DNA of 64,000 nucleotides, from positions 225,556,001 through 225,620,000 of the forward strand of contig OZ024742.1 in assembly GCA_964016885.1 (NCBI GenBank). The letters are read 5' to 3'. How positions within the stretch are numbered: position 1 is the first letter of the stretch; each line of letters begins with the position of its first letter. This DNA is from Eledone cirrhosa. Its lineage: Eukaryota. The notes under the pieces were generated by a model. The model saw only the letters and a list, made by a program, of their open reading frames with translations, was not told where the DNA came from and searched no databases. Shown here one piece after another: positions 41,971-55,800 of this stretch. The translations under genes and the position numbers were made by a program.

Positions 41971-42310
41971 TAATATTGAAAGAGTGAAGAATAACATGGT
42001 CAACAGTACAAAAAAGGGTTTTATTTACAGTATTAACAATTGTTTCACAATTTTTAGACAATCAGTGAAACAATTGTTAATACTGTAAATAAAACCCTTT
42101 TTTGTACTGTTGACCATGTTATTCTTCACTCTTTCAATATTATTACTCCAAGATAAACTTACATAGGAATTCAAGAGAAGTCATAAATTCGCCACCTACG
42201 GAAACCTCTTGTTGGGTCAAACAACGACATACGCTAAAACTATCCACAATACGGAGTATTCACAACCTCTAACTGGATTACCTATAACAATATTTTGTTA
42301 TCCCTTATAT
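41971..42310. mobile_element. Penelope-type remnant: perfect 78-bp inverted arms (41971-42048 / 42065-42142) plus extension
   Basis: Arms start at a hammerhead-like 3' half GTGAAACAATTGTTAATAC...AATAAA; both outer ends lie in (TA)n. Confidence 0.55.
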
Positions 42311-42563
42311 ATATATAAGTGTGTCTCTCCCCCTCCTCTCTTTCTCTCTCTCTCTCTATATATATGTATATATATAATATATATCATCAGCATCATTTAA
42401 CGTCCATCTTCTATGCTAACATGGGTAGGACGAGCTATCCTTTTGTGAGGGATGGTGACAATGGGGATAATGGTGACGATGTGGATGTAGTAATAAAGAT
42501 GGTGATAGTGATGATAATTCCCATGTTTTTCTGACTAATTATTCAATGATTTATTTATTCCAG

Positions 42564-42642
42564 ATGCCCAGACCTATCGGCTGATTGAACATGTACTTGT
42601 TGATCAGTCTTTACCTGTTGAAGCTAGGATTGTTGCACCTGA
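42564..42642 (+). CDS. host gene internal exon (xAQTYRLIEHVLVDQSLPVEARIVAPE)
   Basis: ttattccag| ... |gtgagt; open frame; phase 2 end matches the next exon. Confidence 0.7.
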
Positions 42643-45600
42643 GTGAGTATGAAGTAAAATTACTTTAACCTGTTGATCACCACGTATATTTTACATAGCT
42701 ACAGTTGCTGTGCCAGGTTTTTTCAATAAAATGTCTTATTTTTAAACAAACATTTATTAACAACACATATCTGATTGATTGACCAACGTCACATCAATAA
42801 ACTAGTAACTCCATCTAGCTTTGAAGTTATGGACTTTTGGAAAAGAGTTCAAACATGTTAGGATGAGTCATCTCGTCCATGGCATTGGAATGCATACATG
42901 TTAGGACAAGTTATCTCGTCTACAGCACTGAAGAGCTTAATTTACATATGTATGTACATAAGTATGCAAGAACACATGCATACATGCATGCATGCTCGTC
43001 TGTACAGATGGACGGACAGAGCCATAACCCTCAAGGGAACAATAGGGGCACAATTATGTTTTGGGCACTTTAATGCTGATGGAGCCCATTTCCTTTTTAT
43101 GTCTGGATGCAGTTAATTTCTACTAGAGAAAGAGTGATAGAGAGAAAGCGAGAAAGAAATATAGAAAACTAGAATTTTTTTCCATACGCTGATACGTGTG
43201 TGTATATGTGTGTGCGTTTGTATATGTGCATATGCATACATTTATATGTATGAGTATATAAATATAAACACAGGCACACTTACAAAAATACATACGCACA
43301 GACATATATTCACACAAACACACGCATACATTCACACAAACGCACACATACATTCACACAAACATGCACATATACATACACTCACACACAGCATAGTTGT
43401 TTCACCATTCCCTTCCTTCCTTTTACACACACATACATTCACGCAGGCGGCAGACATAAAGACAGAGGAGTAGTATGAGGTAGTCAAACTACTCCTCTCT
43501 CTTTACGTGTTGTGACAGAATCGCAGAAATTTATGTATAGATGAATTGACTCCAGTACTGAACTGATACATTTTTTTATTGACCTCAAAAGGATGAAAGG
43601 GAAAAAGAACTAACTTTGGCAGATTTACAACATAGAGGGCAGAGAGCTAGAATAAATGCTGCAAAGAATTCTCTCCAATGTTCTAACAACTTGCCAATTT
43701 ACCACCTTTAATTCACCTGGTGATTATTTAGCAGGTATCAGATAGAATGCTTTGAAGTATTCCTTCTGGCTCTCTGTATTCCAAGAGCAAATACCACTGA
43801 GGCCAACTTTGCATTTCATCCTTTTGTGGTTGATAAGTAAAGTATCTGTCCAACACTAAGATTGATTGCTTGATTGATTAATTGATCCTCCTCCTCCTCC
43901 TCCTCCTTCTTCTTCTTCTTCTTCTTCTTCTTCTTTAGCACAATTAATTATGCCTCATTATGTATATTAATGAGATCTTCATCGTTTTACATCTGTTTTC
44001 TACACTTGCATGGGATGGCTTGTCACAGTCTGAGACAGAGCAAGATTGAGAGGACCACACAATGCTCATATCTTCCATTTTATGGCATGATTTCTACAGT
44101 TAGAGGCTCTTCTTAATACCAACCATTTTACAAGGTGTACTAGGTTCATTTTATCATGGCACAGGCACTACCACTTTACAGCCAATGCTACCTATCTCTG
44201 AGACAGGCTGAGGGCCCTGCATCTTGCTTACTTACACTCCAGCACTTTACAAAATCTACTGGGTATTTTACTATGGCACCTGCACGAAGGAGGTTTTCAT
44301 ATCCTTGACGCAACTGAAGTTTTCTATGGCTGGATGCCCTTCCTAATATCAATCACTTTACAGGGTATACTGGGTACATTTTATCATGACACCCACACTA
44401 ACATTTATAGAGTATGGGTATATTAGGTATATTTTATTATGGCACTAGCACTAACATTTATAAAGTGTATTGGGTGTATTTTATCATGGCACTGGCCTTA
44501 GAGAGGATGTTTTAACCTTGGCTGGGCAAAGGTGGGGTAGTAATGGAGAGAGTAGGAAAACAAAAAGAAATTTACAGCTCACATCTATGCAAGTTGGCCT
44601 CCTACGAGATTTGATCTCATAGCAGGCTTCTTGGATGCTTAAATGATGGGGGCCTCAGTCCTATCTTGAACAACAATGTGAAATGAAATATCTTGCTCAA
44701 GAATACAACCCTATGCCCTGTCCAGAAATCAAACCCACAACCATTTGATCATGAGTCAAACACCCTAACCACAAGGTCACATGCTTTCACCCTGTATATG
44801 TGTGTGTGTTCCATAACAGGCAACTAAAAGACATTGGCATCAGAAAGGGCTTCCAATTGTAAAAACACTACCTTTAAAAGTCCTGTCAAACCCATGCCTG
44901 CATGGAAAAGCAAATATAAAAACGATGATGATGTGGTGGTAGTGGGGAGGAGATGATGATGTTCGTGGTAGTGGAGTTAAAACAATGTTGATGGTGTTGG
45001 GTGGGGGGTAGTAATGTTGAAACAATGTTGTTGGTGGTGGTGGTGATATTGGCTGCAGAGAGTTAAAATTTCTGTCCACACTGTATCAATTTTTACAGTT
45101 TTACAGATTTAAATACATCACATTGTACCATTCAATGTATTTTAGTTTTACTTGTCTTGATTAAACGGGATTAGTGATTAAGCTACTACTATTCACCTTT
45201 TAATCACTATTTATATATATATATATCTGGTTTCATATGATTTAGCAGATAAGAACAGTTTTACAAGCTATTCTTAGCTACTTAAAACCTGCAGATGTGC
45301 AGTTTTTTTAAGTCTTTACTGTATGGATGTAAAATAGCAGTGATTGTGTACTAGGTGCATTTGTTGAGTAGATCACCAACAATAAAGAGGTTGTCATGCT
45401 GTTGATCCAACTGAAGAGTCCTTTCAACCCTTTTTTGGTGGGAAGACTCTTCAACTGTTTTAGAGACATAATAATCTCACTGGTCCTGGCGCCATGTTAA
45501 AATTCATTCAAAGCATGGGAACATATGTGAGCGGGATTTAGGCCCTAGGCCTGTTGGAAAGGTCAGTAGCTCCACTTAAGTACTGTGACAACCGATCCAA

Positions 45601-46457
45601 CCATTGCAAGGATATTAAATGAGGATGATGATGATGATGTGTGTGTTGTGTGTGTTTTGAACTCCTGTCAGTTCCAACAAGTGTTCCAGTTGTTTCAACA
45701 AGGGAACAGCCTGACTGACATATTAACATGGTTCAGCACTCAATAGACATGCATTCTTAATGTAGTTCTCAGAGAGATTAAGAGTAACACAGTGTTTGAC
45801 AAGGCTGACCCTTTGAATTGCAGGTACAGTCTTTGTTATATTATAGTGTAAGTGGCTGAGTATTCCACAGACACGTGCACCTTTAACATATTTCTCAAAG
45901 AAATTCAACGTGACAGTGTGTAAAAGACTGGCTCTTTGCATTATAGGTACAGTGTCTTATAGTGTAAGTTTCACCTTGAACAAAATCTCCAGCTCCACTT
46001 CTAAACAGTGGTCCTGGCTGTGCTTTATAATTTCTAGTAATAAGTCCCCTCCTTCCATGACTACACAAACTAAAACCCACCAAATGTTCAGTTCTGGCGG
46101 GATGTTTTTAATTCAAATCTTTTTAGTCCTTATGTCGAGATATATTGGCACAAGAATATATTTCTCACTTCTGAGGGCGACAGTTGAATGTTTCTAGGCA
46201 AGATTCTCCCTGCGGAATCTCACTTCGAAACTGCCATACTAATTTGCTCTGGTGATGAAATCTATGTCACTCCAAAATTCTTTCAGGCATTTCTCTACAT
46301 TTGTGTTGGGAGCTGAATTTTTCTGCTTCCAACAGAAAAACACCTATAGAAAATTGTTCTTCTGGATGTTTCCTGTGGGATGGCAAAAGCTGCCCTTCTT
46401 TCATCTCTTGTTGTTGTTCAAGTTGTTGCTGCTGGTTTTGTCGTCATTATTTTTGCT

Positions 46458-46645
46458 GGCGTAATGGCAGTATTAGTAGAGGGTCGGACGCCATGATTTG
46501 CAGCATAGAGTTATGTCCCTTTACGGTCTGAGTTCAAATCGCGCTGAGGTTAACTTTGCCTTTCATCCTTACGGGGTTGATAAAATAAAGTACCAGTAAT
46601 GCACTGTGATAATTGCTGGCCTTGTGCCAAAAGTAGAAACAATTA
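46458..46645 (+). mobile_element. Meta-type SINE
   Basis: Homologous to the reverse complement of 17680-17863. Confidence 0.8.
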
Positions 46646-47189
46646 TTTTTGCTGGTATTTTTCTTTCCACTGTGGCTATTGTTGTTAGTGTTGTTGTTGT
46701 TCACGTTGTTGTTGTTGGAGCTGGTGGTGTCTTGTCTTGCTGCTGTTGTCACTATTGCCATTGCTGCTGCTTTCCTTTCCTTTGTTGCTGTTGATGTAGG
46801 TATTGTTGTTGTTGTTGGTGGTGGTGTTATTGTTACTGCTGCTGTTGTTATTACAATTGACAAAAGTATTTCTTTCATTTTCTACCATACGAGGTGGAGG
46901 AGGAGGTTATCTCTTTACTTTCATTAACATTTGCCTGTTGCAGATGACAGGATTGCCGTTGTGATGACTTGTTCTTCATGGTTGTTCAACATTGTTGATA
47001 AATAAAAGTTTGCTGGCTGACCCCCGCCCCACTCCCCTCCTCCCGTAAGGGTGTCTTTAAACACAATACTCTATCTGCAGGGAGTGGGTAGACTTAATAA
47101 AAGATTAGAGAAAGCAAAAAAAAGGATAATATACCATGGAAAATACTGGAGCCGATGTTAAGCGTGGCTTTCACTTAGAGAGTCCATAA

Positions 47190-47543
47190 TCATCATCATC
47201 ATCATCGTTTAACGTCTATCTTCCACACTAGCATGGGTTTGGATGGGTATTGTCCTACTTGAGGCAAGATTGGTCGGGTGACCATGTCTCGCTCATATAG
47301 GACTGTCTGGCAGGTTTTCTATGGCTGGAAGCCCTTCCTAACACCAACCACATTTACAGTGTGGACTGGGAGGTTTTTACCGTGTTACCTACACAGCCAT
47401 ATTACAGCGTGGACTGTGTGTTTTTTTTGTTATGACACCTACACGACCTTATTTATTTTAGACTGGATGTTGTGGTACCAACATAACTTTACAGAGAAAG
47501 GGTGGTGTTGGTGGGAGTGGGGGTGGGGGAGTGGGATGGGGTA
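47190..47543 (-). mobile_element. RTE variant B-type 3'UTR fragment
   Basis: Homologous to 39022-39390. Confidence 0.8.
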
Positions 47544-47554
47544 TATAATAATAA

Positions 47555-47742
47555 TTGTTTCTACTTTTGGCACAAGGCCAGCAATTACCCAGTGCATTAC
47601 TGGTACTTTATTTTATCAAACCTGTAAGGATGAAAGGCAAAGTTAATCTCGGCAGGATTTGAACTCAGAATGGCAAGGGCCGTAACTCTATGCGTCAAAG
47701 CATGGCGTCCGACCATCTACCGATACTGCCAATCCACCGCCC
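47555..47742 (-). mobile_element. Meta-type SINE
   Basis: Homologous to 17680-17863. Confidence 0.8.
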
Positions 47743-47782
47743 ATAATAATAATAATAATAATAAGAAGAAGAAGAAGAAGCA

Positions 47783-48070
47783 AAAAATGCCTTCTGATAA
47801 ATGTATCAATCCCCACAGACAATACATCTTCCAAGAAAACAGAGAAACTCTCCAAATATAAAGATCTACAGATAGAAATAACTTGAATGTGGAAAATGAA
47901 AACAGAAACCATACCTATAATAATAGGTGCCCTATACAAAATACAGCACTACTAGGCACTGCACACATATGAAAAGTACTATTAATACAATAGAAACAAC
48001 ATCAGCAAAAACTACACTGCTCATACCTGAGGTGCACAGAGCTATGCTTGGTAAACCAGTCATGATGCGC
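47783..48070 (+). pseudogene. R4/Dong-like LINE 3' fragment (restriction-like endonuclease)
   Basis: CLLINVSIP...EKLSKYKDLQIEI..MWKMKTETIPIIIGAL; flanked by (AAT)n. Confidence 0.65.
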
Positions 48071-48129
48071 AATAAAAATAATAATGGAAATAATAATAAT
48101 AATAATAATCATTTCTTTATTATTGGCCA

Positions 48130-49055
48130 CAAGAGTTGAACATAGAGGAAAATACAAAGACGGGGACAATGGGGGTTTACATGCAATCGAGTAAACAAAA
48201 AATATCAATGACAAAATTTCTCAATGGGCGGGGGGGGGGGGGGGGTCACCTAGGGGTGACGTTAAGAACCCCACAAATCCCAACCCACCTTCACCTCCAA
48301 GAGCACCATAGGAGGGCACTCCTCTCTACCTCCATCTGTCCAGCCTACAGGTGCATGCTCAGAGCGGGCCCATTCACATGGGCCATTCTCACAACAGTCT
48401 CCCACCTTTTAAAAAATGATGGGGGTGGGAGGGCAACATTTCTCTCTCCACCTTTATCTTCCTTTCCAAGTGGAACTTGAAAAAGTTGACAAGGGCTTGA
48501 CCGAAGAGGAAAGTGTCTGTCTTCAGATCTTTCAGTTGTGTCCACCACACAACCTCTTTCACTACAGCTATCAGACAGAGGAAAACTGCCTGCTCTTCCC
48601 AGTCAAAAGAAGGCGGCGGGACGATCTTCACTATGGACTCGGTCAATAGCTGGATCCCTCCCACACGCGATAACAGTTATTCAACATAATTCCATAAGTC
48701 AACAATACACGGGCAATGGACAAGTGCGTGCAAAACAGTTCCGTTGCTCTACACACATCTCAGACAGCTCTGTCTGACAGCACTACCATCCCGATAGAGT
48801 TTATCTCGAACTGGCAGGACTCCCCGGTAGCACTGCCAAGCAAGGGATTTCTGGAAATTGTCCATAGTCCCCGGCTCAAAAGTCCTCTGGAAAAGACTGG
48901 CTAGTTTGTTCTCAGCAACATCTAGAATCTCTCCGAGAGCATTGTCACACTTACCCACCGCTAATCCTCTATAGAACTCTAGAGTGGAAGTTCCACTGAC
49001 TGCATTGCCTGCCTGGTAGTGGGCAGTGAGCACCTGGCAACATTCCAGATGCCAG
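48130..49055 (-). pseudogene. L1/Tx1-like LINE ORF2 C-terminal fragment
   Basis: SLAWQCYRGVLPVRDKL...CLRC....TVLHALVHCP (zf-RVT-like), then K.VVW and ..RW motifs. Confidence 0.7.
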
Positions 49056-49994
49056 GTGCTCAGTCTTGGTCTCTTCTTGGCATTGACTATGTCTTGATAA
49101 GGGCATTATGAATTTAAATACCTTTCAAATACATATACTGTTTTGTTTATGCTCTTATGGTATCATTTGTATGCTAATTGATTGCTAAATGTATGTTTGA
49201 CCAACTTTGCCTCAGCTAGATATGGGAAAGAAGCAGATTTCAAAGGAAGTTTCACATAATAATAATAAGGGTTTCTGATTTAGGCACAAGGCCAATAATT
49301 TTGAGGGAAGAGAAAGTTGATTAAATCGAACCTAGTGAGTTACTAGTGCTTATTTTATTGATCCAAAGAGGGTCTTCTCCCCCTCCCCCTCCTCACTCTC
49401 TCTTTCTCCTCCCATTTATTCCTGGAAGAGTCAAGCATACCTTCCAGCAGGTCCTTCCAGAAGTAACCATCTCCAATTGATCCAGCTGGATCCCCAAGTA
49501 AGACCAACTAAGTTCATGGATGTTATCCGACCATTTTGCTCGGGGTCTACCCCTGGGTCTTCTGTCAGTTGGATTTTGCTTGTAAAATCTTTCCAGCAAT
49601 TCTGTCCTGAGACATTCTAACCACTTGTCTTTAATATCAGAGCTGTGATCTCTCAATTCATAGAAGTAGCAGCTCTGCCTGAATCAACACTGATCTCTGA
49701 ACTACATAAGAAAGATGAAAGGCAAACTTAACCTCGCCAGGTTTTGAACTCAGAAAGTAAAGAGTCAAAACAAATATTCCTAAGCATTTGCCCAGTGATC
49801 TCACAACTCTGTTAATCTACCGCCATAAATTTGATGCATAGATGAAAGTCAATTAAATCAATCCCAGTATTTTATTTTATTGACTCTGGAAAGGTGAAAG
49901 GAAAAGTTGACCTCATTGAGATTTAAACTCAGAAAATAAAGAGCCAAAGCAGATGTCACAAGGCATTTTTTCCAACACACTAATCACTCTACCA

Positions 49995-50920
49995 ACCCAC
50001 CACCCTGTATACATTATATTTTACTACCACCCTATATACAATATATTTTACTACCACCCTGTATACAATATATTTTACTACCACCCTATATACAATATAT
50101 TTTATTACCACCCTATATACAATATATTTTACTACCACCCTATATATAATATATTTTACTACCACCCTATATATATATTTTACTACCACCCTATATATGA
50201 TATATTTTGCTACCACCCTATATACAATATATTTTACCACCCTATATATAATATATTTTACTACCACCCTATATATAATATATTTTACTACCACCCTATA
50301 TACAATATTTACTACCACCCTATATATAATATATTTTACTACCACCCTATATACAATATTTACTACCACCCTATATACAATATATTTTATCACCCTGTAT
50401 ACAATATATTTTACTACCACCCTGTATACAATAATATATTACTACCACCCTGTATACAATATATTTTACTACCATCTATATTACCAACACAATAATATAT
50501 TACTACCACCCTGTATACAATATACTACTACCACCCTGTATACAATATATATTATTACCACCCTGTATACAATAATATATTACTACCATCTATATTACCA
50601 ACGCAATAATATATTACTACCACCCTGTATACAATATATTTTACTACCATCTATATTACCAACACAATAATATATTACTACCACCCTGTATACAATATAT
50701 TTTACTACCATCTATATTACCAACACAATAATATATTACTACCACCCTGTATACAATATATTTTACTACCATCTATATTACCAACACAATAATATATTAC
50801 TACCACCCTGTATACAATATATTTTACTACCATCTATATTACCAACACAATAATATATTACTACCACCCTGTATACAATATATTTTACTACCATCTATAT
50901 TACCAACACAATAATATATT
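49995..50920. repeat. minisatellite: 27-bp unit TATTTTACTACCACCCTRTATACAATA grading into a 61-bp higher-order unit
   Basis: Periodicity directly visible. Confidence 0.9.
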
Positions 50921-51491
50921 ATGAGCCTATTGTAACTGTGAAATGTCAATGTTAATTTTGTTACAATTGACTTCTAACTTTTCATGATATTCTAATGACA
51001 TTTATTGTTTAGTTCAGCCCAGTAATTTCTGTAAAAAAACACAAAACATCTGGCATAATCTAATTCTGTTGTCTAGTTGGCCTTTTTGTGTCAAAACATT
51101 TTCAAAATTTCTGGCAATGAAAGCTGGCAGCCTAGTGTGTAGGGTGTTGGGCTCATAGTCATAAAGTCATGAGTTCAATTCCTGGTGGTGATGGTAATGG
51201 TGGTCATTGTTGTTGTTGTTCTAGTTGTGGTGGTGTTTGTCATTGTTGTTATGGTAGTGGTTGCAGTGGGGATGTTGATGATTACAGTGATGGTCGTGGT
51301 GGTGGTACTGATTTTTTTATGGCAATGGAATTTTTTGTGGTGGTAATGATGGTAATGCTCATGGGGTTTTGGTGGGGATGGCAATGATGATTGCAGTGGC
51401 AGAGGTGGTGATGGTGGTGGAGTTGTTAGTGATGATGGTTAATCACAGTACTAATTAATATTTAACCTCCTAGTAATTACTATCATTTCAG

Positions 51492-51571
51492 AAAAGCTCT
51501 GACATTATTCAATCTCCAAGAACACATCGACAGAACATTGGATGCAGTGATCACAGCTGAGAAAGCAACAG
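51492..51571 (+). CDS. host gene internal exon (KALTLFNLQEHIDRTLDAVITAEKAT)
   Basis: catttcag| ... ACAG|gtaaaa; phases match both neighbouring exons. Confidence 0.75.
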
Positions 51572-52232
51572 GTAAAATATTTTCATGTATATTTTTCTAA
51601 CATGCATGGTTGTGTGGTAAAGGAGTTTGTTTTGCAACCATGTGGTTCTAGGTTCACTCCTCTGAGCAACACCTTAGGCAAGTTTCTGTTACAATGCCAT
51701 GTGAGTGGAATTCAGTAGATGGAAACTTCAAATGCCTGTCATATTCCCTATTAATCTTCCTCTGACATAAAGGTCCCACTGTGGGATCAGCTGCTATTGC
51801 ATTTGCTTAACTTCATGGATAGCATTGGATTTGTGAAGATTTAGTTATGTTCAAGTGAAGGCATTGACTGTCTTCATTACATATGCAGAGACTCAATCAG
51901 ATGCTGGATGGGTGCTACACGAGGATGCTGAACATTAACCAGTACGCACTGAGGATGAAGAACTCAGAGCTGTACGGGAGCCATCCAAAAGTCAGTTCGA
52001 AAGTGACACAGAGGAGACTGAGTTTAGCTGATTAATGATGGTTAATCACTGACATTCAGAGCTGATACTGCACTCAATGGTCACCTGTGGGAGCCCCTAA
52101 ACAGACACGCTGGAAGAGGGAGACAGAGGATGACGTAAGTTGATGCTCTAAGGACATAGTGGCGATGTTGAAGAACAGAGACTGCTGGAGAGAACTCGTC
52201 CATGGATCTTGGGAATTTTACCCACCCTAAAA

Positions 52233-52800
<568 letters not shown>

Positions 52801-52852
52801 AAATGATATATATATATATGTATATATGTGTGTGTGTATATGGTATGTGTGT

Positions 52853-55800
52853 CATCATCATCATCATCATCACCGTTTTACGTCCGTTCTTCCACGCTAG
52901 CATGGGTTAGACGGGTTGTCCTGTTGTGGGCAGTGTCTGGTCGGCTGACCATGCCTTGCTCATACAGGAACTGATCTGGCTTGATTTCTACAGCTGGATG
53001 CCCTTCCTAACACCAACCTCATTTACAGTGAGTGCTGGGTGCTTTTTCGTGGCGCCTACACGTCCACTTTACAGTGTGGGCTGGGTGCTTTTTTGCCGTG
53101 GCACCTCCACGGCCACCTTGCGGTGGGGGGGGGGGCATATTGTTTATATGCTTCAGCATGTACCCATGGGAGGTCGGGTACCCTGTATTACTGCGTGACG
53201 CCAGAAGTCACGGTCGTGTGTCATTGACTTTGAGAGGTGTAGTTGGGTAAGGTCGGCTTTTATCACCTCATCCCAAGTCATCTTGGGTCTCCCCACTCCG
53301 CGGTTTCCATCAACTTCTAGTGCTCTGCACCTTTTTATGCAGCTGTCATCCTTCATACGCATCACATGTCCATACCAGCGTAACCGCCTCTCCTGCACGC
53401 AGCATTTGATTCCTCTTATGCTCAGTCTCTCTCTCAATTCATTTATGCTTTGTCGTTCACGTATATTACTGTTACACATCCATCGGAGCATGCAGGCTTC
53501 GTTTCTCTCAGCGCCCAGGTCTCACTACCATGCAACATCGCTGTTCGGATACACGCATCATACAGTCTGCCTTTCATTCTGAGGGAGAAGCCTTTTGCAG
53601 CTAGCAGTGGTAGTAGTTCCCTAAACTTCTTCCATCCCGTTCTTACCCTAGTTATTGTACTTTCTGAGCACCCACCTCCGTTGCTAATTCGGTCACCTAG
53701 GTAGCAGAAGCTGTCTACTGTTTCTACAGGGCCCTCCCAGAGATTGGTGGTACTTGTTTCCTGTGGCTGTTTGCTTGCTGTTTCAGCACAGCTGCTGCAT
53801 GTGAAGCCTACATTCTTAATTAAGCTTCCTGAGATCCCGCTACATCTCTTGTGTACCCATTGTTTGCATTTGGGGCAGAGAATGGAGTTCCTACCTACAC
53901 CTTTCCTACATACTGAGCAAGGCCATTTCCCTGAGGGGATCTGGGTTCTGTTTTCTCGTCTACTTACAAGGACCTTAGTCTTTGTCATGTTGACTTTGAG
54001 GCCCTTTCTCTCTAGTCCCTGCTTCCAGGTTTGGAATTTATTCTCTAGTTCTACCATAGATTCAGCTATGAGTGCGAGGTCATCAGCATACAGGAGTTCC
54101 CATGGGCATCCGGTCTTAAACTCCTCCGTTATTGCCTGCAGGACTATGATGAACAGGAGAGGGCTAAGAACAGAGCCCTGGTGGACCCCAACCTGTACGC
54201 TAAATTCCTCGCTATACTCATTGCCAATCCTAACTTTGCTGACTGCTCCCCTATACATGGCTTGTACCGCTTTCACAAGCCATTCATCTACTCCTAGTTT
54301 TCTAAGAGCCCACCAGATTACTGCACGTGGAACTCTGTCAAAGGCTTTCTCAAGGTCGACAAATGCCAAGTAGAGTGGCTTACTTTTAGCTAGGTACTTT
54401 TCCTGTAATTGCCTCACAAGGAAGAGGGCATCAGTGGTGCCTTTCCCTGGTACAAACCCAAATTGCATCTCGTCTATATTCACCCGGTCCCTAATCAGCT
54501 GTGCTATAACTCTTTCTGTTACTTTCATGACCTGGTCCATCAACTTTATACCTCTATAGTTTCCTCTATCTAGTGCATCGCCTTTACCTTTGTAGCAGTT
54601 GACAATGATGCTACTGCACCAATCTTTTGGTATGGCCCCCTCTAGTATTACCTGGTTAACGATACGTGTGGTTATAGTGTGACCTACAGACCCAGATGCC
54701 TTCAGCATCTCGGCAGCTATACCCGATGGACCGGTTGCCTTCCCTATCTTCATATCTCTGATTGCCTTACTTACTACGCTGCCGCTGACTTGTACTGCTG
54801 GTCCCTCTATAGGGTCTACGTGGGGTAGGGTCTCTTCTTCCCATGCATTCTCCTCATTTAGTAATCTATCATAATGACTCTTCCATGCATCTTTCTTCTC
54901 AGCACTTATGAGGGCAAGCTCACCTTTATCATTCCGGATACACTTCTCTCCAATGACATCACAACTATCTCTGACACACTGCCTCGCAATCTTGAATACC
55001 TCCTGTTTCTGGTCCTCACGTTGTAAAACATGCTTGAATTTTCTATCCTCTGCTTCCCTCCTAGCTAAGTATACTTGTCGCCTAGCTTCCCTCTTGATCT
55101 CTATGTAATGTACCCTGCTCCCCCCGTTCTTCCATTCTTTCCATGCCTGTCTCTTGGCCTTGACTGCTTCATCTACCTTATTGTTCCACCACCAAGTCAC
55201 TCTCCTCCTGCTTGAGGTCTTACTCCAGCCACAAACCTCATCCGTCGCCTCTAGTAAGTTATTTTTTAGGAACTCCCAGTTCTCTTCTACGTTAAATGTC
55301 TCTATCTGTTCTTCTTTACTGTCGTAGGCGTTGAGTAAAATATCTTTAAATCTGTTACTGGTTGAGGGGACTTTCAGCTTCCAGATCTTTCTTCTCCAGG
55401 TTGGCCTCTGTTTCAGGGCTCGTCTAGTTCTGACCGTGAGGTCGCTGACAACTAAGCTATGTTGGGATGTACATTCCTCACTAGGGAAGGCTTTTGTGTT
55501 TACGACCGTCCATCTGTCACGTCCTCTGATGAGGATAAAATCTAACTGACTAGAGTGCTCCCCTGATCTATAGGTGATCAGGTGGTTGTCGGGTTTTTTA
55601 AAGTTTGTGTTACATATCGACATGTCATTGGCGTCGCAGAATTCTAGAAGTCTGAATCCTTCCTCATTCCTTGTGCCAACTCCATGGCCTCCATGTACTC
55701 TATTGAAGCCGTCGCAGTGTTTACCTACGTGTCCGTTAAAATCTCCTGCAATGATTAGGAAGTCCTTGTCGTCTGTTAGAGCAGTAGTGTGTATTAGGGA

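Noticed and set aside
45650-46400. Degenerate SINE-like duplication and possible LINE ORF1 remnant; similar decayed LINE scraps at 49390-49680 and 51800-52200
   Set aside because: Too decayed to assign family or boundaries with confidence
49953-50670. YYHPIYNIF repeat ORFs
   Set aside because: Translation of a 27-bp minisatellite
52985-53110. RTE/SINE hairpin cassette as a known ribozyme
   Set aside because: No hammerhead, HDV or twister core could be fitted by eye
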